Virus record (IMG/VR): IMGVR_UViG_3300022752_000021
From: a virus
Length of the DNA stretch: 64,000 nucleotides
Direction: 5' to 3' (one strand)
Notes under the pieces: model-generated
The model's input: the letters and a program-made list of their open reading frames with translations, nothing else
Told to the model about the DNA's origin: nothing
The model's database searches: none
Made by a program: the position numbers and the translations under genes
In this document: in pieces, positions 38,740 through 47,581 of the stretch
Layout: each line of letters starts with the position of its first letter
Position numbering within the stretch: position 1 is the first letter of the stretch

Positions 38740-39770
38740 TATTCCCCCTGTGTGAGATCAGTCACGCTCTTGTCTTTACGCCACATCTGACACGACCAAT
38801 ATTTTGGTGTGTCTCTTGCAATTCCACCTTTGTCGCAACCGTGTCTCGCTCGGAAGTTCTTCAATCTACCTGGTTGATCGCGCTTGATCGAAAGACCAGG
38901 ATCACCGAAGCGGACAATCTTGTTGTCTACGCAAACGGCAAATTTCTTCTTCTCACCTGGAGTCCTCCATGGTTTTCCAGATTGTCTACCTTCACATTCA
39001 TTTGCTTCTGCAAGACTCTTTCCTGTAATAGCCTTCATAAATGAGTTTGCGGCATTCTCATCATCGAACATGAACTCGGTAGTTTCCTTCTGTGACTTTG
39101 TCTTAGCACCAAACTTCTTTGCATAAGAACGAAGTTGATCTGCCCCAACACCCGACTTCAAATTGTCTTGAACAACATATTTCTCCACAACAACTGCTGC
39201 GGTTCTGCCAATGACCTCACCGAAAGTATTCATCTCCGACAAGATTGCCTTCTTGTCTATGAATGAGGAGAATGCATGTAGGGATTCGTCCACAGACTTC
39301 CACTTTCCACCCTTGCTCTTATACCACTTTGCAGCCCAACCATTAGCATAGGCTGAAGGATAAACATCGAACTTTGCCTTTGCCGCTGCCTTTGCTTGCG
39401 ACCAAAGTTCGGGATTCGTGGGGGCGTTCTTTTCCAACAGAACATCCAAGGATTCGAATATTTTATCCGTTGGATCTAGATCGTATTCCTCGCTTATCTT
39501 CCCCTTGCCAAAATTGGATACCATGATTGGCTCACCCTTTCGTTCTGGATTTGGATCGTGCTTCCTCTTTGTACGAACAGCCGATGCTCTCTCGCTCTTG
39601 GAAAGCATGGCTCTTTTTTCGTTGGACATGCACTTGGGCTTTGGTTCGCCAGGCTCTCTAGCACAGGGACCAATCGCTTCACCTTTGGAATTGATACGCT
39701 TCCACCCACCCTCTGGATGGGTTTTGCTGAACCAATTTCTCAAATCTTCAGAAGTAAGAACTCTACCCAT
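38739..39770 (-). CDS. Modular basic protein, possibly an internal head protein
   Basis: Three basic modules (LRNWF..GPCARE..PKC; PTNPELWSQAK..YPSAYANGW; VRFGDP..NFRARHGC..YWSC) joined by hydrophobic-x-E linkers. Late-type CCTAAATA upstream. Confidence 0.7.
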   Translation of the reverse strand: MGRVLTSEDLRNWFSKTHPEGGWKRINSKGEAIGPCAREPGEPKPKCMSNEKRAMLSKSERASAVRTKRKHDPNPERKGEPIMVSNFGKGKISEEYDLDPTDKIFESLDVLLEKNAPTNPELWSQAKAAAKAKFDVYPSAYANGWAAKWYKSKGGKWKSVDESLHAFSSFIDKKAILSEMNTFGEVIGRTAAVVVEKYVVQDNLKSGVGADQLRSYAKKFGAKTKSQKETTEFMFDDENAANSFMKAITGKSLAEANECEGRQSGKPWRTPGEKKKFAVCVDNKIVRFGDPGLSIKRDQPGRLKNFRARHGCDKGGIARDTPKYWSCQMWRKDKSVTDLTQGE

Positions 39771-39803
39771 TTCATGTCTCCTAGTTGCCTATTATTTAGG
39801 AAA

Positions 39804-40857
39804 CTAGAGAGACAAACTTTCAGTATAAAGTTCTCGCATCAGGGACTTCAGGGATGAGCCATCATCGACCTTCAGTTCGTCAATATACCCATCAATAAGT
39901 TCGATGGTGTTCTTGGAAAGTTCCTTTTCAGACACAAACTCATCATCAACTTGTTCCTCTTCCTCAAGTTTCTCCACGATCTGAAGATCATAGATTCCCG
40001 AATCGAAGAGTTTGTCACAGAACATATCGAACTTGGTGGGGTTCTTCTTTGACGAAACCACCAACTTCACAAACGATTCCCTGTACAAAGAGAAGTTGAA
40101 GTTGCCGTGACCAAGGTTGTCTAGATTCTCGTTGTAGGATATCTTCTTGTACAACTTTCGTGGGTTTTCAATAAACTCCAACGAGCCATCTTCTGTGTCC
40201 AAAACATGGAATCCCTTGGTTTCTGTTGCCTCGGAGTAGAACATTTCATAGGCAGTGCCAAGGTAATAAACATTTCCACTCTGCTGCTTGCAATGGAAGT
40301 GACCCGAATAAACTTGCTTGAAGCGAGAAAGCACCGATGGATTCAACCCACCTTCATGCTTTACACCGCGAACAACCTCATATCCCGTGAGTTCAAAGTG
40401 TCCAAAAAGAACATCGGCATTGCTGGTCTTGATATACTCATATATCTCCCTAGCATTATCCTTCGCGATCCATGGAACAAATCCGCAGATCATCCCGTCC
40501 AACACAACATCGGTGGGCTTCTCGTAGACCTTGAATGTGTCTCCAAATATCTCGACAACAGAGTTCACCTGATTGGTGTTCTTCCAATAGCAGTCATGAT
40601 TTCCAATGACACAATGAACTTCAACCCCATTCTTGGAGAACCATTCGGTGAATCTCCGTCGAACATTATGTAACGTGTTGAAGTTTATATACTGTTCGAC
40701 GATCAAGCACATCACCCATATGAATGACGGTCTTGATGTCATTCTTGAGCAAATAGGGGAAAACCTGTTCCTCAAAGTAGGAAAGATATGCCTCAAGGAA
40801 GATTGGGTCATCATTTTTTACACCAAAATGGGTATCTGTTATCACAGCCACATGCAT
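39804..40857 (-). CDS. gp47: Mre11/SbcD-like nuclease with a +1 frameshift near 40694
   Basis: MHVAVITDTHFG...HMGDVLDRR in one frame; QYINF...IGNHD...GHFEL...SGHFH in the next frame. Removing one base gives about 350 aa. Confidence 0.9.
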
Positions 40858-41444
40858 TATTCTTGCTCCTTCAAATATAATAGGGCTTTCTCTATATGGT
40901 GTATATTGTCTTTGAACAGACCCAATCCTGTGTTGCAATTCTGGCACAAGAGTCCACGGATTTTGTTTGATTTGTGGTCGTGATCAACCGCAAGACTTCT
41001 ACCAGAAGGACACTTATCAACGCCGCATATGGCACATTTATGATTTTGTTTTTCAAGCAGCAACGAATACTCCCCAAGAGTTATGTCGTATAAATTTACT
41101 AAACTCCTATTTCGAATACTATCTTTATTGTCTTGATAATACCTTGCTGCTGCCTCTTTTGATGATGGTTTGGAATCATATCTTTTTTGGATTCGTTTCC
41201 GTTTATCGTTATTTTCTCTCAGCCACTTTTGTTTCTTTTCTTTGGTGCGATATTTCGCCATCATCTCATTATCTTGCAGTTTCTTCTTACCTTTACGAAC
41301 CGAACAAGGTCTACAACCATTACTAGAGACATACTTTTCACAAGAGTTACAAACAGGACATGGTGTCTCACTTTCATAGTATTTTACACCATCCTCTATT
41401 GCCTTACATCTATTGATGTATGATTTGGAATGCTGGTTTGGCAT
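40857..41444 (-). mobile_element. Free-standing endonuclease VII-family homing endonuclease
   Basis: N-terminal CPVC...CRPC; C-terminal Y.ITL.EY..LL.KQ..KCAIC...LAVDHDH....RGLLC..CN.GLG.FKD. Sits between gp55 and gp47. Confidence 0.85.
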
Positions 41445-41453
41445 ATGCATTAT

Positions 41454-41479
41454 CCTCCGATATATGTATCATTTCGGAG
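41454..41479 (-). promoter_or_regulatory. Late-type promoter within an RBS-sequestering hairpin for the EndoVII gene
   Basis: CTCCGA-N13-TCGGAG stem overlaps GGAGG; GATACATA lies in the loop. Confidence 0.65.
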
Positions 41480-41537
41480 CGCATTTAGGAGCGAAATACA
41501 AACAATCATACTTAGAACCCAAATACACTATAAATCT

Positions 41538-42110
41538 TCATTTCTTCTTGCTCTTCTTTACTGCCTTCTTTGCGGCTTTCTTGGCAGGACTCTTGATTTC
41601 TACCTTGGTTTCCTTCTTTGGAGAAGTCTCAAAGTTCTTCAAGTCAGTATCAGATAGAGCAAGAGACTTGAAGAACTCTTGAACTTTATTTTCATCAAAG
41701 CAAACATTCTTCAGCCAGTTCGGAATCTTTCCATTCAACTGTGCTACTTCTATGCTCTTGAACTTGATGTAGTTCTGCTTCTTTTCCTTCTGTATTCTAC
41801 GAACAAAAGCATAGTAGATTATCTGTGTGAAATAAGAGAATGGATTCTTTGACTTCGTTGGATCAAAGTTTGCCGCATACATCAAGCAGTTTTCTATCCC
41901 ATCTCCAACCATCTCTTCTCTATACGGATAGTTTATGAAGTTTGGTCTGTAGGATAGTCTCTCTGCAATGGCAAGGAAACACTTGCCTATGTACTCGGTT
42001 ACTGGTGGCTGTGGAAGTTTCTTTCTTTTTGCTTTATTGCATTCTTTCTTCCACTTCACCATCTCTTCGTAGAATGTTTTGTTGTCTATGTAGTGACCTT
42101 GTTCGTTCAT
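41538..42110 (-). CDS. gp55: Late-transcription sigma factor
   Basis: HYIDNK.F, YIGKCFL.IA..LS.RPNF.NY.YREEMV.DGIENC, NFDP.KS.NPFSYFTQI..YAF.RRI.KEKKQ. Confidence 0.96.
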   Translation of the reverse strand: MNEQGHYIDNKTFYEEMVKWKKECNKAKRKKLPQPPVTEYIGKCFLAIAERLSYRPNFINYPYREEMVGDGIENCLMYAANFDPTKSKNPFSYFTQIIYYAFVRRIQKEKKQNYIKFKSIEVAQLNGKIPNWLKNVCFDENKVQEFFKSLALSDTDLKNFETSPKKETKVEIKSPAKKAAKKAVKKSKKK

Positions 42111-42135
42111 GATGTATACCTTTCATAGTGCCGTA

Positions 42136-42163
42136 ATCATACACCAGTTATCAACATAAGCAA
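42136..42163 (-). promoter_or_regulatory. Sigma70-type promoter for gp55
   Basis: TTGCTT-N16-TATGAT. Confidence 0.55.
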
Positions 42164-42192
42164 GCATGGTAATTGATTTCTTTGGAAAGGTC

Positions 42193-42221
42193 TTGACAGT
42201 TGAAATCGAAGTATGTAACTT
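42193..42221 (+). promoter_or_regulatory. Divergent (antisense) sigma70-type promoter
   Basis: TTGACA-N17-TAACTT on the plus strand; no credible plus-strand gene follows. Confidence 0.45.
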
Positions 42222-42251
42222 GACTGTGTCGTGTTTGATCAAGAAGTGTTC

Positions 42252-42995
42252 TTACAGATAGTCTCTTGGATCTGGACTCCAGTCTCTAAGACTATTACCC
42301 CAGTTAGTATCTTCTGTATCCTTGATACCTTGATCATCCTTCAGTTTACGAGTTGATGGATCAACATCATCCTCAAGATCATCATCTTCGTCATCAACAT
42401 TCATGCCAGCAGTCATCAAATCTTCGATGAACCCTTCTTCAACAAGAGTGCGGAATATCTTGGCAGGAATCATGAAGTTGACCACAATGACTTCTTTGCC
42501 AGCAGGATCTTTTGGATTGAGTTGTGAATTGATGGTTGCATCAAAGTTGGACATGTCTTGCATCGGAGGGAAGATGCCAGCATCAGCAGACATCTCTTTC
42601 ATCAGTCGAGTGACTTCCTTCTCATACTCTTCCATTTCCTTTTTCTTTTCTTCATCAACTTCTTCACGCAAGGTCTTTGGCTGTTCCTTTATTGGAGGAA
42701 GAGATGGGTTGTCTTCCCGTTCCTTGTATTTTTCATACGCATCTATGATCTCTTGGTTGGGAGACATCTTGACACCAACCCAACTATTCGGAATGCTGAT
42801 CTCGTTCTCATTCGTTCTTCCGATCCAGTTCTCCATCACTGATGCTGCTTTGAGCGAACCATTAGTGTGATCCATAAAAGGGATCTGTCTAATGATCATT
42901 GGGCGAGAAACTTTCATGCTAGTACGGTTCTTGGACAGAACACTAGCGATTATTTCTTCACCTGATCTCAACTTGATCAAGATGTATTCGCTCAT
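42252..42995 (-). CDS. Conserved T4-like protein downstream of uvsW (possible Sm-like N-domain, acidic C-terminus)
   Basis: Start MSEYILIKLRSGEEIIA overlaps the uvsW stop (ATGA). Confidence 0.75.
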   Translation of the reverse strand: MSEYILIKLRSGEEIIASVLSKNRTSMKVSRPMIIRQIPFMDHTNGSLKAASVMENWIGRTNENEISIPNSWVGVKMSPNQEIIDAYEKYKEREDNPSLPPIKEQPKTLREEVDEEKKKEMEEYEKEVTRLMKEMSADAGIFPPMQDMSNFDATINSQLNPKDPAGKEVIVVNFMIPAKIFRTLVEEGFIEDLMTAGMNVDDEDDDLEDDVDPSTRKLKDDQGIKDTEDTNWGNSLRDWSPDPRDYL

Positions 42996-44479
42996 GGTAG
43001 ATTCTCCATCTTTAGTAGCACTGGTCTGAAGTCGAAGTTTTCTGACCGATAGATCTTTATTCGTTCCGCAAAATGTCGAAGTGTGTGGTTCTTTTTGCTC
43101 TTCCATGACAAATCATCCCCAATATCGTAAAGTTTTGCGTATTCTTTATGTTCCGAAACACGAAGTTGTCTTCCAATAGATTGCAACACCCTGACTCTTG
43201 ACTTGCTTGGTGATGCAAATATGATGTTATGAAGTCTCTTGATTGATATGCCTGTTGAGAATGTTCCATATGAAGCAACTACTATGCAGGAATCATTTTC
43301 TTCAAGTATCTTTCTTACCTTCTCTCTATCCTCTGCCTCTGTGCCTCCATGCACGAAGAATGTCTTTCTATCGGTTTGTGAAGTTAGGTGGTGAAGATAT
43401 TTACCATGTTTCTCGACAAACTGAAATAGTATGAGTGTATTTCCCTTCAAACGAGATGCTAGATCCACGATAAATCTGTTTCTCTTATCGTGGTGTATCA
43501 ACCACAACATCTCGTCACTATAGGTATATTTGCTAACGGATCGACGTTCGTCGTCTCCGTATTGTAACATGATCGTATCTATCTTCAAACGAGACAGGAT
43601 ATTCTTGTCGATGAGTTTTTTGGTTGATGTCACATGATATGAAGGACCAAACAGACCTTCGATTATCAACTTATGACATTGCATTCCATCCAAAGTTCCA
43701 GTTGTTCCTATTCTATATTCGCAGTTGGTTAGTTTTTCCATGATCCCCGATAGGGATTTTGCTTTGAACATATGGCATTCATCTCCGAATGCAACGGTGA
43801 ACTGTTCAAAGTATGATTTTGGTTGCTTGAACACGGACTGCCATGTGGTGACTACAACACGCTTACTGGTTTCTTTATCTTGTCCTGCGTAGATTCCGTG
43901 GCAGTTCTTGGAAACTTTCCAATCGGTTCCCTTTGAGTAGATTTCAAAGTCGCTCATCATTTGAGTGACCAATCCTATGGTCGGTACAACGATGAGTATC
44001 TTACCTTCCGTTTGCTCAAGCAGATGCCTCACCAGCATGTAGATGATCATCGACTTGCCACTTCCCGTTGGAGATACGAGAAGGATTCTGGAGGTTTCTG
44101 ATGCCTTTACAATGGCTTCTCGTTGGTGATCATGAAGCGATGGGATTCCCGATGCCTTACCAACATATCTGTCGAATAGCATATCGGTTTCTGTTGCCGT
44201 CAAGGGCTTGCTAGGACTTGACTTTAGTTGGTTGTCGAGATGGTAGCCACGATCCGATGCGAACTTTGTGACGTAGTTCTTTAGACCCTTATAGATCGTG
44301 GCTTTACCTATATTGTAAAGTTTGATGTCTCCAGCCCATCGCGACTTGCGAAAGCGAGACATATATTTGTGGTTCGGAACCTTGAAGGAGAAGCAATCGC
44401 TCAACTCCTTTGCGGTACCGCGCTCACATCTTACGCGAATGAATACTGAATCAACATCTTCTAGAACCAATGTATCCAT
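42992..44479 (-). CDS. uvsW: SF2 helicase UvsW
   Basis: SPTGSGKS, TTWQS, DECH, GTTGT, YGTFSTGI, LQSIGR.LR, NHTL.HF.ER..IY. Confidence 0.96.
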   Translation of the reverse strand: MDTLVLEDVDSVFIRVRCERGTAKELSDCFSFKVPNHKYMSRFRKSRWAGDIKLYNIGKATIYKGLKNYVTKFASDRGYHLDNQLKSSPSKPLTATETDMLFDRYVGKASGIPSLHDHQREAIVKASETSRILLVSPTGSGKSMIIYMLVRHLLEQTEGKILIVVPTIGLVTQMMSDFEIYSKGTDWKVSKNCHGIYAGQDKETSKRVVVTTWQSVFKQPKSYFEQFTVAFGDECHMFKAKSLSGIMEKLTNCEYRIGTTGTLDGMQCHKLIIEGLFGPSYHVTSTKKLIDKNILSRLKIDTIMLQYGDDERRSVSKYTYSDEMLWLIHHDKRNRFIVDLASRLKGNTLILFQFVEKHGKYLHHLTSQTDRKTFFVHGGTEAEDREKVRKILEENDSCIVVASYGTFSTGISIKRLHNIIFASPSKSRVRVLQSIGRQLRVSEHKEYAKLYDIGDDLSWKSKKNHTLRHFAERIKIYRSENFDFRPVLLKMENLP

Positions 44480-44487
44480 ACAGATAT

Positions 44488-44988
44488 TTATGGTTCGATA
44501 GATTCTCCGTTGAATCGAATCTTGAACTCGCCATCGTTTAGTACTTTGCCGTCATAGAGCAGGACTTCTACTCCTGCGGACTCAAGGATATTGACTCCGA
44601 TGTTGCATTTTTCTCGCCACCTATCAGGAATGATATCCCATATGGTCTTGTGTCCAACGACTCGGCGTATTCCCGACAAGACAATGGCTCTCGCACAATC
44701 AGGACAACTGATGAAAGGACAATACATGTGGGTGTTGAGAGTTGTAAGACCCTTGCTCACACACCGATAGATGACTGTCCTCTCTGCGTGTTCGATGTAA
44801 TCATATTTCAACTGACCATCAGGTTCCTTCATTGAAGGATATCTGTTTGCATCTGCTGATATGATTCCCGATGAAGGAAATACAATCAATGCGCCAACTT
44901 GTGTGTTGGTGTCTTGGCTCTTTGCTTGAGCATGGATATATGCTTGGCGAAGATATACCCTGTGAATTCCTTCAGTAACTATTTTCAT
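44488..44988 (-). CDS. dCMP deaminase-family protein
   Basis: S.D..TQVGA, HAE and CPDCA zinc-deaminase motifs; ATGA coupling to uvsY. Confidence 0.85.
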   Translation of the reverse strand: MKIVTEGIHRVYLRQAYIHAQAKSQDTNTQVGALIVFPSSGIISADANRYPSMKEPDGQLKYDYIEHAERTVIYRCVSKGLTTLNTHMYCPFISCPDCARAIVLSGIRRVVGHKTIWDIIPDRWREKCNIGVNILESAGVEVLLYDGKVLNDGEFKIRFNGESIEP

Positions 44989-45419
44989 GCGCCACTCATG
45001 AACTTCTTCCATTCTATTGCAGACTTGATATCCCACCCACGTCTTCCAATAGATTGGAGAACAGATTCGATATATTTCACCTTTTCCTTAAGGTAGTGAA
45101 TACGAGCCTCCATGCGGAGGAGATCTTTGTCTGACTCAAGGTAAACGTCTATGTCTGTCCGAAGAATCTTGAGTCCAAATGGTTGCCACCCTTTCTCGTC
45201 AAGAGTTTCTTGATCGATTTTACCAAGGTAGTATTCCCATTTGAGACGGCGAAGTTCCTTCTGTTCTATAGTTGCCTTGTGTAGAGACAGGGACTCGTCA
45301 TGTAGCAAGTTGAGATACTTGCTGTGTAGTTGTGGGGTTTTGAGGGATTCTAGGTCTAGATTCAGGTCATCGATTTTCATGTCCTGATCTACCATCTTCT
45401 TGATTGTTTCAATGTCCAT
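44985..45419 (-). CDS. uvsY: Recombination mediator UvsY
   Basis: D.KID...LD.ESL..P.LHSKY, KWEYY.GK, Y.ESD, R.W.IK.AIEW.KF..G. Confidence 0.93.
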   Translation of the reverse strand: MDIETIKKMVDQDMKIDDLNLDLESLKTPQLHSKYLNLLHDESLSLHKATIEQKELRRLKWEYYLGKIDQETLDEKGWQPFGLKILRTDIDVYLESDKDLLRMEARIHYLKEKVKYIESVLQSIGRRGWDIKSAIEWKKFMSGA

Positions 45420-45426
45420 GATGAAT

Positions 45427-45454
45427 AAGATAGCACTAGAAACTAGCGTGTCAA
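45427..45454 (-). promoter_or_regulatory. Sigma70-type promoter, probably giving a leaderless uvsY mRNA
   Basis: TTGACA-N16-TATCTT-N7-ATG, with TG just upstream of the -10. Confidence 0.65.
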
Positions 45455-46017
45455 GTTACAGACTCAAGTTCAAATGATTCAAATGTAAATGTTGCACTGA
45501 CTTGAACTGGTTCTGGTTCATTTAGAGCAACATTGAGATCGAAGCCATCTATACTGATTGGGAAGAGATTTTTGAAAACAAATCTCTTGTGTGGATTCTT
45601 TGCACTGTTCAGACAATGAATAGTTGCTTCTGAATAGTAGTTATTTTCATTTGTATACAACTCACTAAAGTTTTCGAATGGAACTATTCCACGCATCCAT
45701 CGGTGTATTTCATACCAATTTGCAAAATCTTCATCAACCTCAAAAGTTACTCTCAACTGATCGAACTGAACTGATGAGCCTGGTACATGGTGTGTGAGCA
45801 ATCTATTGGGTATTGATATTTCACCCACAGATATGGATGGTATGTTGATTGATGTACACCAAAATGTGACATTCGGTATGCGTGTGAATGTCAACTTGAA
45901 ATTGGTGCTTTGAAACGCATTGACATTTGCTGGTTGTCTCAACAATGCATTGTAACTTGTGCCTTCATCGTTGATGGCAGCAGCATTGACTTGTGATAAA
46001 TCGTATTCTTCGCTCAT
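45451..46017 (-). CDS. gp3: Tail tube terminator / tail completion protein
   Basis: F.L...RIPNV.F.C..INIP, L.V.F.VDED..NW.EI..WM, F...FP.SI; position after gp23. Confidence 0.88.
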   Translation of the reverse strand: MSEEYDLSQVNAAAINDEGTSYNALLRQPANVNAFQSTNFKLTFTRIPNVTFWCTSINIPSISVGEISIPNRLLTHHVPGSSVQFDQLRVTFEVDEDFANWYEIHRWMRGIVPFENFSELYTNENNYYSEATIHCLNSAKNPHKRFVFKNLFPISIDGFDLNVALNEPEPVQVSATFTFESFELESVT

Positions 46018-46034
46018 GTCAATATGTATTCCCT

Positions 46035-46066
46035 AAAAAGAACATCGGGGGGATTTCTCCCCCCGA
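46035..46066 (-). terminator. Rho-independent terminator after gp23
   Basis: TCGGGGGGA-GAAA-TCCCCCCGA followed by TGTTCTTTTT. Confidence 0.9.
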
Positions 46067-46094
46067 CTTCTGTTATCTGTCTGTCAGTCAACTA

Positions 46095-47552
46095 TCAGAT
46101 TGGGGTTACTGCATTTACGCCGTGGAGGTTATCCACGCGGAAGATGCGGTAGTACTGATTTGCGCGGTAGTTCATTGCATTTGATGGGTCAACATTGGTT
46201 GTGTTGACGAATGGATTCAATGCCATGCCGTAACGGGTCTTGAAACCGATCTTTGGCTGGAAGGTCGCGTCATTGATTGCACGAACCATTTGAAGTGGGA
46301 TGTATGGGCAGTAGAAGAGTCCTGCGTCATATGGCGAGGTTCCCTTGTATCCGACGCAGACGAAATCGCGAGCGTTGGCGTTGACACCAACCGATGAATA
46401 AGGATCGACATAGACTTTGATCTTACCATTCAGAACACCAACGAAGGTGTTGCCAGTATCATCAACATCAAGGTTGACATTGAGTGCTGGACTGATATTG
46501 AGGAAGCCGCCCATTGCGAGGGCAGATGCAACATCGGCAGAGCAGATGATGAAGTTGCCCTTTCCACGGCGAGTATCCTTAGCAATCACATTGGCTTCAC
46601 GTTCAATTTGGAACATGAGTCCGCGGAACTTCTCAGCAGACCAACGACCATCAGAGTCGCGGATGAGATCGTAGACGCCACCTGGACTTGCTATTGGATT
46701 TAAAGTTGCACCAGGAGCAAACGAATAAGTATTACCCTTATAGTAGAGATCGCTGTGTTGTGCGCCAAGTTTAGCAGTTGTATAGATCGAACGAACGACT
46801 TCGCGGTTGATTTCAGCAAGGATTTCGGTGCTGAGAATGTTTGCGAGTTCTGTCTCTGCATCAAGTCCATGGATTGCCTTGAGATCTTGTGCGAGTTCGA
46901 TTGTGTACTCTGCCTTGAGAGCGCGAGTCTTTGCAGTGACTGATGCACGATCAATGGTGAATGCCATGGTGTTGAAATCACCGTTTGATCCACCCTCTCC
47001 AAGACCTTCACCAGTTTCGCGGCTCATACCGCCGTATGGTTGCCATCCAGATGCACCAGCGATACCAGCAGACGTACCCGCTACAATACCATAAAGAGGA
47101 TCGCCAATAAATGTGGATTCAAGAGTTCCACCACCAGCAGAGGTTGCTGATCCCGAAACACCAGAGAATCTTGTAAACGCTTCGTTGAAGAGTGCTTCTG
47201 TACCAGAACGACCGTTATAAGTTGACTTCATTGCGAAGATCAAACCCGTTGGTGAGGTCATTGGCTGAACCGATGCAACATCATACGCCATGAGATTTGG
47301 CATTGAGCGACGGACGAGCGAGATGAGGATTGGATCATATCCTGCAAGACCAGATCCTGTTGCATAATCAAGACCCGCTGCTCCGATTGAGTTGGCTGGT
47401 GCTGCTGCTTCGCGGAGTGCTTGCTCTTGGTTCTCAAGAAGGATTGCAGTGACTGCGCGACGATAGTTATCCTTGATTGGTGAGAGGCTGTTATGTTCCA
47501 TAACAGGTTCCCACTTACGCTCAAGTTGTTCGACTAGTGTGAAAGTTCCCAT
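46095..47552 (-). CDS. gp23: Major capsid protein
   Basis: DPILISLVRRSMPNL.AYD..VQPM..PTGLIFA, RALKAEYT.ELAQDLKAIHGLDAETEL.NIL, FQPKIGFKTRYG. Confidence 0.99.
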   Translation of the reverse strand: MGTFTLVEQLERKWEPVMEHNSLSPIKDNYRRAVTAILLENQEQALREAAAPANSIGAAGLDYATGSGLAGYDPILISLVRRSMPNLMAYDVASVQPMTSPTGLIFAMKSTYNGRSGTEALFNEAFTRFSGVSGSATSAGGGTLESTFIGDPLYGIVAGTSAGIAGASGWQPYGGMSRETGEGLGEGGSNGDFNTMAFTIDRASVTAKTRALKAEYTIELAQDLKAIHGLDAETELANILSTEILAEINREVVRSIYTTAKLGAQHSDLYYKGNTYSFAPGATLNPIASPGGVYDLIRDSDGRWSAEKFRGLMFQIEREANVIAKDTRRGKGNFIICSADVASALAMGGFLNISPALNVNLDVDDTGNTFVGVLNGKIKVYVDPYSSVGVNANARDFVCVGYKGTSPYDAGLFYCPYIPLQMVRAINDATFQPKIGFKTRYGMALNPFVNTTNVDPSNAMNYRANQYYRIFRVDNLHGVNAVTPI

Positions 47553-47581
47553 TTCTATTTCTCCTATTAATTTCTACAGGA

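Noticed and set aside
39804-41450. gp47 split by the EndoVII gene
   Set aside because: The nuclease gene ends at the gp47 start codon; the break in gp47 is a separate single-base frameshift.
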